DNA from: Eledone cirrhosa
Lineage: Eukaryota
Direction of reading: 5' to 3'
Assembly (NCBI GenBank): GCA_964016885.1
Contig: CAXHJY010000193.1
Location: 1 to 64,000, forward strand
Length of the DNA stretch: 64,000 nt
The notes under the pieces: generated by a model
Databases searched by the model: none
Told to the model about the DNA's origin: nothing
Seen by the model: only the letters and a program-made list of their open reading frames with translations
Position numbers and translations under genes: made by a program
In this document: positions 42,240 to 55,035 of the stretch, piece by piece
Numbering within the stretch: the stretch's first letter is position 1
Layout: every line of letters starts with the position of its first letter

Positions 42240-42557
42240 CGATAGAGTGTAGCTCAGAGATCAGAGAATCACTCCAGGTAGAGCCATTACTTCTCTGAAT
42301 TGAGAGATCACAGCTCCTAGACTATGGGCATGATGTTAGAATGTCTCAGGAAAGAATCGCTAGACAGATTTTATAAGCAAAAACCAACCGGCAAGAGGCC
42401 CAGGGGTAGAGCTCAAGCAATATGGTTGGATAACATCCATAATCTCTGTTGGTCTCGCTTGGGGATCCAACCGGATCAGTTGGAGATGGTTGCTTCTGAC
42501 AGGACCCACTGGAAGGAATGTTTGAGGACTCTGACCGCACAATCCTCTCAGAAATAA
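42240..42557 (+). mobile_element. Degenerate RTE-clade LINE 3' fragment
   Basis: PTGKRPRGRAQAIWLDNIHNLCWSRLGI...DRTHWKECL, an RTE C-terminal signature. Confidence 0.65.
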
Positions 42558-42878
42558 GTGCCCTTCACTTGGACAGATAGAATTTCTTTGTTGCCAGCAC
42601 ATTTCATAGGTCCCTAAACTTATTTTTACCTTGTTCTTTGTCAACTTTATCTTTTATCCCTCCAGAGCTCAGTAGAATAAATCCATTAAGTCCATTACTA
42701 GGGTCAATTTAACCAACTCCCTTCCTCTTCCTCACCCCTCCTCTTCCCTACCCCTCTTCTACTTCCCCACCCCTCCCCCTCCTAATTCATCACCCCTCCC
42801 CCTCCTCTTCCCCCTCCTCCTCTTCCTCACCCCCTCCTCATCTATTGCTGATCTTGTGCCTAAAATTAGAAACTGTTA

Positions 42879-43110
42879 GAGGCTGTGAAATGGCTGGGTT
42901 GTTGGAGCATCGGACAAAATACTTTGCTGTATTTGTTCTGACTCTTTATATTCTCAGTTCAAATTCTACAGAGGTCAACTTTGCCTTTCATCCTTTCGGT
43001 GTTGAAGTAACAAAGTACCAGTCAACTACTGGGGTTGATATGATTGACTCCCCTCAACCTCCAAAAATTGCTGGCCTTTTGCCAAAATTAGAAGCTATTA
43101 TTATTATTAT
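42879..43110 (+). mobile_element. tRNA-derived SINE (diverged)
   Basis: agttcaaattc..gaggtcaactttgcctttcatcctttcgg..aagtaccag..ttgctggcctt..(att)n. Confidence 0.75.
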
Positions 43111-43246
43111 CGACTCTTACATACATACACACATATATATGCTCTCACATGTACACTCATATTCACATACACACACTCACACATTTACACTTTTACATAC
43201 ACATAATTATACTCATACATTCATATACACATTCATTTAGACTGAA

Positions 43247-43311
<65 letters not shown>

Positions 43312-44360
43312 ATCATACTCATACAAACACATATACACTCTTACACACACACACATTCAATTATTCAGACTGAATCACACACTCACAGTCGCACACATAC
43401 ATACAGACATTCTTTAGAATTCGACATGTGATTTCATACCCAGCACCACCTCCTCCAACTTTCCTTCCCCTCCACCTTCAACTTTCCCTCCTAGTAAAAA
43501 AAACTTCAGAGTTCATTAGCCTCTTTATCAAGGGACGTAACTCTACTTTCCAGAACATTCTATATAAATCTAAACTGCCCTAGCCATCGAGGTAGTCTCT
43601 ATGTCATTCTAAACCGTGCTCATATTTCAATCTACTGCCTTACACTGCCCTCCAACGAAATATGAAGCACATTCTGGATAATGCATTCCTAAGTACACTG
43701 TCTGAATGCGATAGGATGGTCACGGCTGGAATATCTTTCATCATAGGTTTGCTGTACCAGAGCTTGACATGGGGTGAAACACAACTATTAAAAATAGTAG
43801 CTTAATTTCCCCTCATCTCACGTCGCCTTACATTATCTGATCCAGCTCTTTGAACTCTTCTAAGTTCAAATTCAGCCTCGCATCACTGGGCCCCTTGTGA
43901 GAGGAAACAAGATATATGGGACTTAGCTAATTGTGATAGGACCCTCTAATGTCAAAACAGAACAACCTGTTGATTGCAGCAGCACTGAAGTGAGACATAC
44001 AGGCCTCCTTGTAGTGGACAGCAGGACCTATGAGACCCGAGACCTTAGGATCTTCAATATCGGAGTGAGTGATGTGATGATTGGATCCACCTCTCAATCA
44101 CACCCATACCCTGCATTACAACAAGTATTTTAAGGTCATTTTCCCACCTCCTATCACTGAAACACCTATCATATTTCTGCCAGGAATTACAACAGACAAA
44201 TTGTATCAGCAATAAAAATGACCAATAGAGACATAGTTTACTAGGTCTAATCTCACTGAACCAGGTTCTTTCTTTTCTTTCACTGTACTCCATAATATCA
44301 GGTTTGTCTAATCCTTATTTATCTGAGACATATCTGAGACATATCTTTACTCTTTTACAG

Positions 44361-44434
44361 GATATATTAAGGTGTCGTGTATTAACATCTGGAATCTTTG
44401 AAACCCGATTTATTGTTGATAAAGTAAATTTCCA
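44361..44434 (+). CDS. GNAS: G-protein alpha-s subunit, coding exon (vertebrate exon 8 equivalent; switch I)
   Basis: ttttacag acceptor; [24 protein letters not shown](H), containing the R201-equivalent; gtaagt donor; 74 nt. Confidence 0.97.
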
Positions 44435-44571
44435 GTAAGTAATCAAATATATTTATTTGTTGTTCTTGTTCCTATTATTAAAAAACCCTAAGAAACCTCC
44501 TATGAGAAGGAAACCAGCTAAACTTACATAGGTGTGAGCTGTAACATTTAAATTTTGTTTTCTTTCCACAG

Positions 44572-44751
44572 TATGTTTGATGTAGGTGGCCAAAGAGATG
44601 AAAGAAGGAAGTGGATTCAATGTTTTAATGATGTCACTGCCATAATATTTGTCACTGCATGTAGCAGTTATAATCTGGTACTAAGAGAAGATAACACCCA
44701 AAATAGACTTAAAGAATCTTTAGAATTGTTTCAAAGTATTTGGAATAATAG
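44572..44751 (+). CDS. GNAS: G-protein alpha-s subunit, coding exon (vertebrate exons 9+10 equivalent; G3/switch II)
   Basis: ccacag acceptor; [59 protein letters not shown](R); gtgag donor; 180 nt. Confidence 0.98.
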
Positions 44752-45312
44752 GTGAGCATAGTCTGTCTACTATTCTCTCCTATCAAACTCTTCCTCTTTC
44801 CCTATTTCATTTACACAAACCCTTTTTGTTCCATATTTTAATGTAAAACACTGGCTGGGATTTTCAAATCATTTTGAAAATAATCAAGAATTTGGAGTGA
44901 TTTAGTGATATAACTAACCTTGCTTAAATGCAAAACACTGTCTGATGAAATCATGTCAGCTGTTGTTACAGTTGCATAATTGCACAATGTGCTGGCATTT
45001 CAGAAATGCACATAACGTCAAAGCATGGTGTCCGATACTGTCAATCCACAATGATGTAATTATACTAACCTGTCTTAACATTTATTAGTATATATATATT
45101 ATAAAGAGTTGGAACCCAATGGCTAACCTCTTGGCGTTTCAACAGCTGGTTCCAGACTCTTTATAATATAATCATACTCTCCTACCCCAAGTATCGAGTA
45201 CTGTTCAGTAATGATTTAACCAGTTTCAAGCTGATTTATATATATTATAATGATTTAACCAGTTTCATCCTGATTTATATATATTATGTATATATATATA
45301 TATATATATATA

Positions 45313-45506
45313 GGGCGGTGAATTGGTAGTATCGGTAGAGGGTCGGACGCCATGCTTTGCAGCAAAGAGTTACGGCCCTTTATGGTCTGAGTTCAAATCC
45401 CGCCGAGGTTAATTTTGCCTTTCATCCCTTACGGGGTCGATAAAATAAAGTACCAGTAATACACTGGGATAATTGCTGGCCTTGTGCCAAAAGTAGAAAC
45501 AATTAT
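45313..45506 (+). mobile_element. tRNA-derived SINE (intronic)
   Basis: gggcggtgaattggtagtatcggtagag...gagttcaaatcccgccgagg...core...ggccttgtgccaaaagtagaaac. Confidence 0.8.
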
Positions 45507-45578
45507 GTATATATATATATATATAATTAATAAACACACATATATATATCCTTATCCTTCTATTTTTCCCTTTCCTAG

Positions 45579-45709
45579 ATGGTTGAGAAGTATCTCAGTA
45601 ATTCTATTCTTGAATAAACAAGATTTATTGGCTGAGAAAGTGAAAGCTGGAAAGTCAAAAATCGAAACATATTTTGCTGATTTTGATCGTTACATAACCC
45701 CTGTAGATG
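45579..45709 (+). CDS. GNAS: G-protein alpha-s subunit, coding exon (vertebrate exon 11 equivalent; G4 NKxD)
   Basis: tttcctag acceptor; [43 protein letters not shown]; gtaagc donor at 45710; 131 nt. Confidence 0.97.
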
Positions 45710-46435
45710 GTAAGCAATCTATTATTTTACATAACCCCTGTAGATGGTAAGCAATCTATTATTTTACATAACCCCTGTAGATGGTAAGCAATCTATTATT
45801 TTACATAACCCCTGTAGATGGTAAGCAATCTATTATTTTACATAACCCCTGTAGATGGTAAGCAATCTATTATTTTACATAACCCCTGTAGATGGTAAGC
45901 AATCTATTATTTTACATAACCCCTGTAGATGGTAAGCAATCTATTATTTTACATAACCCCTGTAGATGGTAAGCAATCTATTATTTTACATAACCCCTGT
46001 AGATGGTAAGCAATCTATTATTTTACATAACCCCTGTAGATGGTAAGCAATCTATTATTTTACATAACCCCTGTAGATGGTAAGCAATCTATTATTTTAC
46101 ATAACCCCTGTAGATGGTAAGCAATCTATTATTTTACATAACCCCTTGTAGATGGTAAGCAATCTATTATTTTACATAACCCCTGTAGATGGTAAGCAAT
46201 CTATTATTTTACATAACCCCTGTAGATGGTAAGCAATCTATTATTTTACATAACCCCTGTAGATGGTAAGCAATCTATTATTTTACATAACCCCTGTAGA
46301 TGGTAAGCAATCTATTATTTTACATAACCCCTGTAGATGGTAAGCAATCTATTATTTTACATAACCCCTGTAGATGGTAAGCAATCTATTATTTTACATA
46401 ACCCCTGTAGATGGTAAGCAATCTATTATTTTACA
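45690..46435 (+). repeat. 37-bp tandem array, 20 copies, spanning the exon/intron boundary
   Basis: Unit ttacataacccctgtagatg|gtaagcaatctattatt. All copies are identical except one extra T in copy 13 (~46146). 20x37+1+5 = 746 bp. Confidence 0.97.
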
Positions 46436-46675
46436 GTCATTTTATCTCCTTTTTCTACGATCTGTGAATAATATTCTAAAGGGTCTCTACCTTAACTCAT
46501 GATTAATACAGAAGACATGTCATGGATTGAACCTGGGAGGGCCACATGATGGCAATGTGAATGTTTTAACCACACTGTTATGTTGTTGTTTTTTCTGTTT
46601 ATTTTTTGTTTTGTTAGGAAGGAAGGGACAGTACCCATGACCTGTGCTGTAGCCATAATCTTCATAGGACCCATG

Positions 46676-47580
46676 ACCTTAGTACCCACGACCTTCTCAC
46701 TACCCACGACCTTCTCACTACCCACGACCTTCTCACTACCCACGACCTTCTCACTACCCACAACCTTCTCACTACCCACAACCTTCTCACTACCCACGAC
46801 CTTCTCAATACCCCCGATCTTCTCACTACCCACGACTTTCTCAATACCCCCGATCTTCTCACTACCCACAACCTTCTCACTACCCACAACCTTCTCACTA
46901 CCCACGACCTTCTCACTACCCACGACCTTCTCATTACCCACAACCTTCTCACTACCCACGACCTTCTCACTACCCACAACCTTCTCACTACCCACAACCT
47001 TCTCACTACCCACGACCTTCTCACTACCCACAACCTTCTCAATACCCCCGATCTTCTCACTACCCACAACCTTCTCATTACCCACAACCTTCTCACTACC
47101 CACGACCTTCTCACTACCCACGACCTTCTCACTACCCACAACCTTCTCACTACCCACAACCTTCTCACTACCCACGGCCTTCTCACTACCCACGGCCTTC
47201 TCACTACCCACAACCTTCTCACTACCCACGACCTTCTCAATACCCCCGATCTTCTCACTATCCACGACCTTCTCACTACCCACAACCTTCTCATTACCCA
47301 CAACCTTCTCAATACCCACAACCTTCTCACTACCCACGACCTTCTCACTACCCACGACCTTCTCACTACCCACAACCTTCTCACTACCCACAACCTTCTC
47401 ACTACCCACGACCTTCTCAATACCCCCGATCTTCTCACTACCCACGACCTTCTCACTACCCACAACCTTCTCATTACCCACAACCTTCTCATTACCCACA
47501 ACCTTCTCATTACCCACAACCTTCTCACTACCCACGACCTTCTCAATACCCCCGATCTTGTCACTATACACGACCTTCAC
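46676..47580. repeat. 18-bp minisatellite (~50 copies) with degenerate flanks to ~46630 and ~47790
   Basis: Unit cccac(g/a)accttctcacta, with variant cccccgatcttctcacta. Confidence 0.95.
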
Positions 47581-47918
47581 ACTGCCCATGGCCTCATTAC
47601 AAAGCCATGACCTTCAGTGCTCACAACCTTTGCAGTAGCTACGACCTTCATAGTACGTGTGACCTTTACAGTACATGTGACCTTCTCAGTGTCCACAATC
47701 TTTGCTGTAACCATGACATTTGCTGTTCCCACAACTTTTACATTGTCCTTGACCTTTTCAGTAGCCATGACCTTTGCGGTGCCGACAACTTTGTATTGCT
47801 CACAATCTCCTTCAATTTGACTTGGATATTACTGAAAATTAGTCTGATTGATTATTGCTGTGTATATCTTATTTAGAATAGGTATACCGTATTCCTGTGT
47901 GATGTAAGAGGTGATTAA

Positions 47919-48137
47919 CCCTCTAGCATTTACATTACTCTATATATACTATTGTATTTTTGAGGGTAAAGGCTTTATCTTATATAATTATCTCACATAA
48001 TATCGAATCTACTAGATTTTTATATTTATTTTGAGAACAATACCTTAACATAAGTATGAGTGGCCAGTTATGGCCAATTTGAACAGAAAGAAGTGAGAGA
48101 ATTCTGGCTGGATATGGCTGGTTTAAATGCTAAAAGG
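47919..48137. mobile_element. piggyBac-like MITE
   Basis: ttaa|ccctctagcattta ... taaatgctaaaagg|ttaa; body matches 38872-39070. Confidence 0.75.
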
Positions 48138-48437
48138 TTAAAGGAGTTGGTACTAAGAATGGCATCCAACCCTAAAACATTGCCACAAAAAGGACCCTGT
48201 GATGAGTATGAAGAAAGTCAGGGGGCCAGTAAAGCTAATCTCTTTAGCAGGGGCAATTGCTTTCAAATACTTGTTTTATGTTCCACAATGTGAACAATCT
48301 GTTAAAGTTGATATTGTTGATAAAAATGAGAAGCTACAGTTACCTCACTGAATAATTTAAGGGTGACTGGGCCACATTGTTAATTATAACAAGACATTTA
48401 CTTTACCCCAATTATTTTTTTTCCTCTCTGTTTGTAG

Positions 48438-48505
48438 CCCACACTGAGCCTGGTGATGACCCAGAAGTTGTCCGAGCGAAGTACTTCATTCGTGATGAAT
48501 TTTTA
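48438..48505 (+). CDS. GNAS: G-protein alpha-s subunit, coding exon (vertebrate exon 12 equivalent)
   Basis: tttgtag acceptor; (A)HTEPGDDPEVVRAKYFIRDEFL; gtgagt donor; 68 nt, phase 1 to phase 0. Confidence 0.97.
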
Positions 48506-48856
48506 GTGAGTAAATTCTTAGCTCTTTTATTTGATTAGTCATCATTCTTCTAACGAGTATCATCAAATTTCTGAGGGGAACTGTAAAAAAAAAAACATAA
48601 ATTGTACTGAAGAGTTTTTGCAAGGGAGACAATTCTTCTTCCTTCATTATTTTATATATGAAATAAAGAAGGGCCTCCAAGAGAAATTTTGCAAGGCGGG
48701 TACAAGACCACTTTGGGGCCCAAAGCAAGCAAAGATTTTTCTAAAAATGGATGTTGTATGGTTGCTGTGGGGCTTCTTAGCTGGTGAATTATATATTAAA
48801 AAAAATGGCCTCGGATTTTTTTTATTGATATATATATATATGTGTGTGTGCAGTCT

Positions 48857-49248
48857 ACCTTTCGTGGTAGGGTCTATACCGTAGTTAGAACTCAATGTAA
48901 TCCATTAGCAAGTAATTCAGTGAGATCCAGAGCTTGGTTCCGTGTTTCACTGAGTCAATCTTTCAGATATAGTCTGATATATTACATATTAGTTTAACAA
49001 TGATAACAAAGGTAAGTTATTATACATACTTTACATTTTTCATTCATTGTTTTACGATCGTTTCAGAGGGTTGATCATATTGATATATTGACTGATCTAC
49101 AGCAGTTAGAGAACTGTATACTATCAGACATAATATATAAGGTTCGATCATACCGTCTTCTTGGGAAACAATCTCTGGATCTCACTGAATTACTTGCGAA
49201 CGGATTACCTTGAGTTCTAACTACAGTATAGAACCTACCACGAAAGGT
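48857..49248. mobile_element. ~390-bp element bounded by 76-bp inverted repeats (MITE-like or PLE-derived)
   Basis: acctttcgtggtagggtctatac...gtgagatccagag (48857-48932) versus ctctggatctcac...cctaccacgaaaggt (49173-49248), with few mismatches. Confidence 0.7.
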
Positions 49249-49398
49249 TAACCAAATTGAATATGTATATATATATATGTCTTCTTCGGAAACATTGTTT
49301 CCAAAGAAGACGGTATGTATATGCACATAAACACACACACACTCACACACACATACACATACATGACACCATGTTGAAAAAAATCCTAGTTGTTGTAA

Positions 49399-49620
<222 letters not shown>

Positions 49621-50014
49621 TGTGTGATGACGATGATGAGGACAAGGATGATGACGATGATTACGATGAAGATGGTGATGATGATGATGATAACAGCGGT
49701 TATGGCAGCGGTGAGGACGAAGATGATGAAAATGAAGACGATGATGGCGAGGACGACACGATGACGACGATAATAATAATGATGATGATGATAATATTAA
49801 TAATAATAATGATGCAAACGTTGTCACTGTCGCATCCCATCATGCTCTCTGTTAGACTCAGTGTGCGGCAACTTTTTATCTTTTAAACAAACAAAAAGAG
49901 AAAAAAAAAAACAACCAACCAACCTACAAACAAAATACAAAAAAAAACAAAACGAAAAGCAAATAAAAAAAGAAGAAAAAAAAAGAAAACGAAACGAGCC
50001 ATACACAAAGACAG

Positions 50015-50019
<5 letters not shown>

Positions 50020-50057
<38 letters not shown>

Positions 50058-50066
50058 TATACATAC

Positions 50067-50097
<31 letters not shown>

Positions 50098-50153
50098 CAT
50101 ATATAAATATATATGTATATACATATATATATATATATATACATATATAAATA

Positions 50154-50185
<32 letters not shown>

Positions 50186-50254
50186 CATACATATATATAT
50201 ATGTATACATATATATATATATATATACATATATAAATATATATGTATATATAT

Positions 50255-50311
<57 letters not shown>

Positions 50312-50820
50312 AATATATATATATATACATATATAAATATATATATATATACATATATAAATATATATATATATACATATATAAATATATATATATATAC
50401 ATATATAAATATATATATATACATATATAAATATATATATATATACTTATATAAATATATATATATACTTATATAAATATATATATATACTTATATAAAT
50501 ATATATATATATATACATATATAAATATATATATATATACATATATAAATATATATATATACATATATAAATATATATATATACATATATAAATATATAT
50601 ATATACATATATAAATATATATATATACATATATAAATATATATATATACATATATAAATATATATATATACATATATAAATATATATATATACATATAT
50701 AAATATATATATATACATATATAAATATATATATATACATATATATATATATACATATATAAATATATATATATACATATATAAATATATATATATACAT
50801 ATATAAATATATATATATAC

Positions 50821-50875
<55 letters not shown>

Positions 50876-51096
50876 CATATATAAATATATATACATATAT
50901 AAATATATATACATATATAAATATATATGCATATATACATATATATATGCACATATATATATGCATATATGTATATGTACATATATTCATAAATATGCAT
51001 ATATATATGTATATATATATATTATATATATATTATATATATATATATATTATATATATATTATGTATATATATATATTATATATATATAATATAT

Positions 51097-51130
<34 letters not shown>

Positions 51131-51141
51131 ATATATATATA

Positions 51142-51187
<46 letters not shown>

Positions 51188-52451
51188 ATATATTAATATA
51201 TATATATATATATATTATAATATATATTATTATTATAATATATTATATATTATATATATATATTATAATATATATTATATATTATATATATATATTATAT
51301 ATATTATTATATATATATATTATATATATATATATTATATATTATATACATATATATATTATATATATATTATTATAATATATATTATATATTATAATAT
51401 ATATTATATATTATATATATATATTATAATATATATTATATATTATATATATATATTATATATATATATTTTATATATATATATTATATATATATATTTA
51501 TATATTATATACATATATATATTATATATATTATATATTATATATATATGTATATATATATATATTATATATATATATATTATATATATATATTATATAC
51601 ATATATATATTATATATATATTATATACATATATATATTATATATATATATTATATATATATTATATACATATATATATTATATATATATATATTTATAT
51701 ATATATATAATATATATATATATTATATACATATATATATTATATACATATATATATTATTACATATATATATTATATACATATATATATTATATACATA
51801 TATATATTATATATATATATATTATATATATATTATATACATATATATATTATATACATATATATATTATATACATATATATATATTATATACATATATA
51901 TATATTATATACATATATATATTATATACATATATTATATATATATATATATTATATACATATATATATTATATACATATATATATTATATACATATATA
52001 TATTATATACATATATATATTATATACATATATATATTATATATATATATATATATTATATATACATATATATATTATATACATATATATATTATATACA
52101 TATATATATTATATATATAATTATATACATATATATATATACATATATATATTATATACATACATATATATATTATATAATATATTATATACATATATAT
52201 ATTATATACATATATTAATATTATATATATATATATAAACATATATATATTATATATATATTATATACATACATATATATATTATATATATATTATATAC
52301 ATATATATATACATATATATATTATATATATATTATATATATATTATATACATATATATATACATATATATATTATATATATATTATATACATACATATA
52401 TATATATTATATATATATTATATACATATATACATATACATATACATATAC

Positions 52452-52501
<50 letters not shown>

Positions 52502-52512
52502 CATACATACAT
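50020..52512. repeat. 2.5-kb (TA)n-derived array
   Basis: Directly visible; sub-units catatataaatatatatata and tattatatacatata. Confidence 0.95.
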
Positions 52513-53510
52513 TCACACGAAGATGAAAAGGGAAGGAATTTTATTTATTTTTTTTCCGTCAACCCAACAGGTCATATTGGCCTAGTTGTTGGTACCAGTA
52601 ATTCTATTTAATAGGACAGACATTGACCAGGGGGAGGGGGCAGATAGATGACATCCCGATGGTGATGGTGATGGTCATCATCAGCATCATCATAATGATC
52701 ATAACCATGATGATGATGTTGATGGTGATGATGATGATGATAGTGGTCATGGTGATGGTGATGATGATGATGATGATAGTGGTTATGGTGGTGATGATGA
52801 TGATAGTGGTGATGGTGGTGGTGATGATGATGGTGATGGTGATGGTGATGATGATGACCATGACAATGGTGATGTGATTTGATGCGAAACAGTGGTGATG
52901 GTGATGTTGTTGGTGGCGATGGTGGTGGTGGTGGTGGTGGCAGTGTTGTTGTTGTTGTTGTTGTTGTTTGCGATGGTGGCGGTGTTGGTTGATGGCAATA
53001 GATGGCAGCACTGGTAGTTGGCGGTGAATAACAGTGATAGAAATGTGGTGATTATTGTCGTAGTGTTGATGATGATGATGATCACGATGGTGATGATAAT
53101 ATTGATGATGATAGTAGTAGTAGTGATGATGACGGTAAAAGGAGGCCACTTCAGAACCCCCTACCCCCCACCCCCTTCGCCCCCACCACACCCTCCAGTC
53201 TTTTCAATTTCTAAACTGGTTGATAATGTATCTTGTGTGTGTGTGTGTGTGTGTGTGTGTGGGAGATAGTGTGTGTGTGTGTGTGTGTGTGGTGGTAGTA
53301 GTATTAGGAGCAATAGAGAGTAGGTTGTTATACTGCTACACATATACTTACGTACCATCTCTCTCATATATATGTTTGTATATACACACAAACAGAATAT
53401 ACACACATCTTATATATATATATATATTTGTATATACACACATCTTATATATATATATATATATATTTGTATATACACACATCTTTCTATATATATATAT
53501 ATATATATAT

Positions 53511-53585
53511 AAATTATCCAAATCAAAAGAAAAACAGTTATATATACTCTAATTAATGTTTTGAGTATTTTTTTCTCCCACGTGT

Positions 53586-53626
<41 letters not shown>

Positions 53627-53705
53627 ACTACATGTGGGAGAAAAAAAGTACTCAATACATTAATTAGAGTATATATAACTGTTTTTCTTTTGATTTGGAT
53701 AATTT
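53511..53705. repeat. ~76-bp inverted repeat around a (TA)n spacer
   Basis: aaattatccaaatcaaaagaaaaacagtta...ctcccacgtgta versus tacatgtgggag...taactgtttttcttttgatttggataattt. Confidence 0.9.
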
Positions 53706-53728
53706 TTCTAAAGCTACTCCTTGCTGAA

Positions 53729-53771
<43 letters not shown>

Positions 53772-53956
53772 CTGATGATGATGATATATATCTGTTTATA
53801 TGTATATGTGTGTATATGTCTGTATGTATGTTTTGGGTGTGTGTATATATATAAATGTGTGTGTGTGTATATATATATGTGTGTGTGTGTGTGTATATAT
53901 ATATGTGTGTGTGTGTGTATATATATATATGTGTTTGTGCATGTGTGTGTATATAT

Positions 53957-54009
<53 letters not shown>

Positions 54010-54146
54010 AATATATATACAATTGGCGGTATATATACACATTTATAAATAAAAAACAAGCAAAATTATTGACAGGTTTTATACTATATTGGACCCCTTC
54101 CTGACACCAAGGCTTTTAGCTATCTGTTACAACACCCAGACATTGC

Positions 54147-54578
54147 ACCTATTCTAAACCAGACACACACAGGGATATGGTGTACTGATTCTAAACCAGA
54201 TACATACAGGGTTATGGTATACCTATTCTAAACCAGATATATACATAGATACAGTGTACCTATTCTAAACCAGATATATACAGGGGTATCCTGTACCTAT
54301 TCTAAACCAGATATATACAGGGGTATCCTGTACCTATTCGAAACCAGATACACACAGGGATATGGTATACCTATTCTAAACCAGATACACACAGGGATAT
54401 GGTATACCTATTCTAAACCAGATACACACAGGGATATGGTATACCTATTCTAAACCAGATATATACATAGATACGGTGTACCTATTCTAAACCAGATATA
54501 TACAGGGGTATCCTGTACCTATTCTAAACCAGATACACACAGGGATATGGTATACCTATTCTAAACTAGATACACACA
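54147..54578. repeat. 37-bp minisatellite, ~12 diverged copies
   Basis: Unit acctattctaaaccagatacacacagggatatggtat and variants. Confidence 0.9.
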
Positions 54579-54913
54579 GCAAAAAAAAAATTTGATAGCC
54601 TCAATATAGAGTCAATAGATTCAATATTTCTAGGAAATTCAACAGTAAGGTATTGCCACCATAGTGTTTGCCAGCTGTTAGAAAACATTAATAATCTAAT
54701 ATATTGTAACATATCTAGACGAAGGGGTTAGTGAATGACAGATGAAATGACTTTGTGGTCTATAATTATCTCTTTGTTTTGTGTTCAAATCTCAGTGGGA
54801 TCTGTAAAATACTTCACCATTTAAATTACTAGGGGTGGGGCTAGGGTTGATTGAATCTCCCTCTCTCCCTCTCTCTTCTAAAATTTGAGGCTTGTGTAAT
54901 CAATCATCATTGT

Positions 54914-55035
54914 CGTGGAGGCGAGTGGCTTAGTGGTTAAGGTGTTGGACTCATAATCATAAGGTCGTGTGTTTGATTCCTGGACCAGGCTGTATGTTGT
55001 GCTTTTTGAGCAAGACACTTCATTTCACAATGCTT
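54914..55035 (+). mobile_element. Second tRNA-derived SINE family, 5' part
   Basis: ggaggcgagtggcttagtggttaaggtgttggac (A box), gtttgattcc (B-box-like), then ttgagcaagacactt. Confidence 0.6.

Noticed and set aside
45690-46435. 37-bp repeats as a CRISPR array
   Set aside because: No spacers, no cas genes, eukaryotic intron. The unit derives from the host exon-intron junction.
54147-54578. Second array with the same 37-bp period as the splice-donor array
   Set aside because: No convincing alignment between the two units; treated as coincidence.
54914-54990. tRNA gene (also the SINE heads at 3688 and 45313)
   Set aside because: A/B-box-like motifs without a cloverleaf; these continue into SINE bodies.
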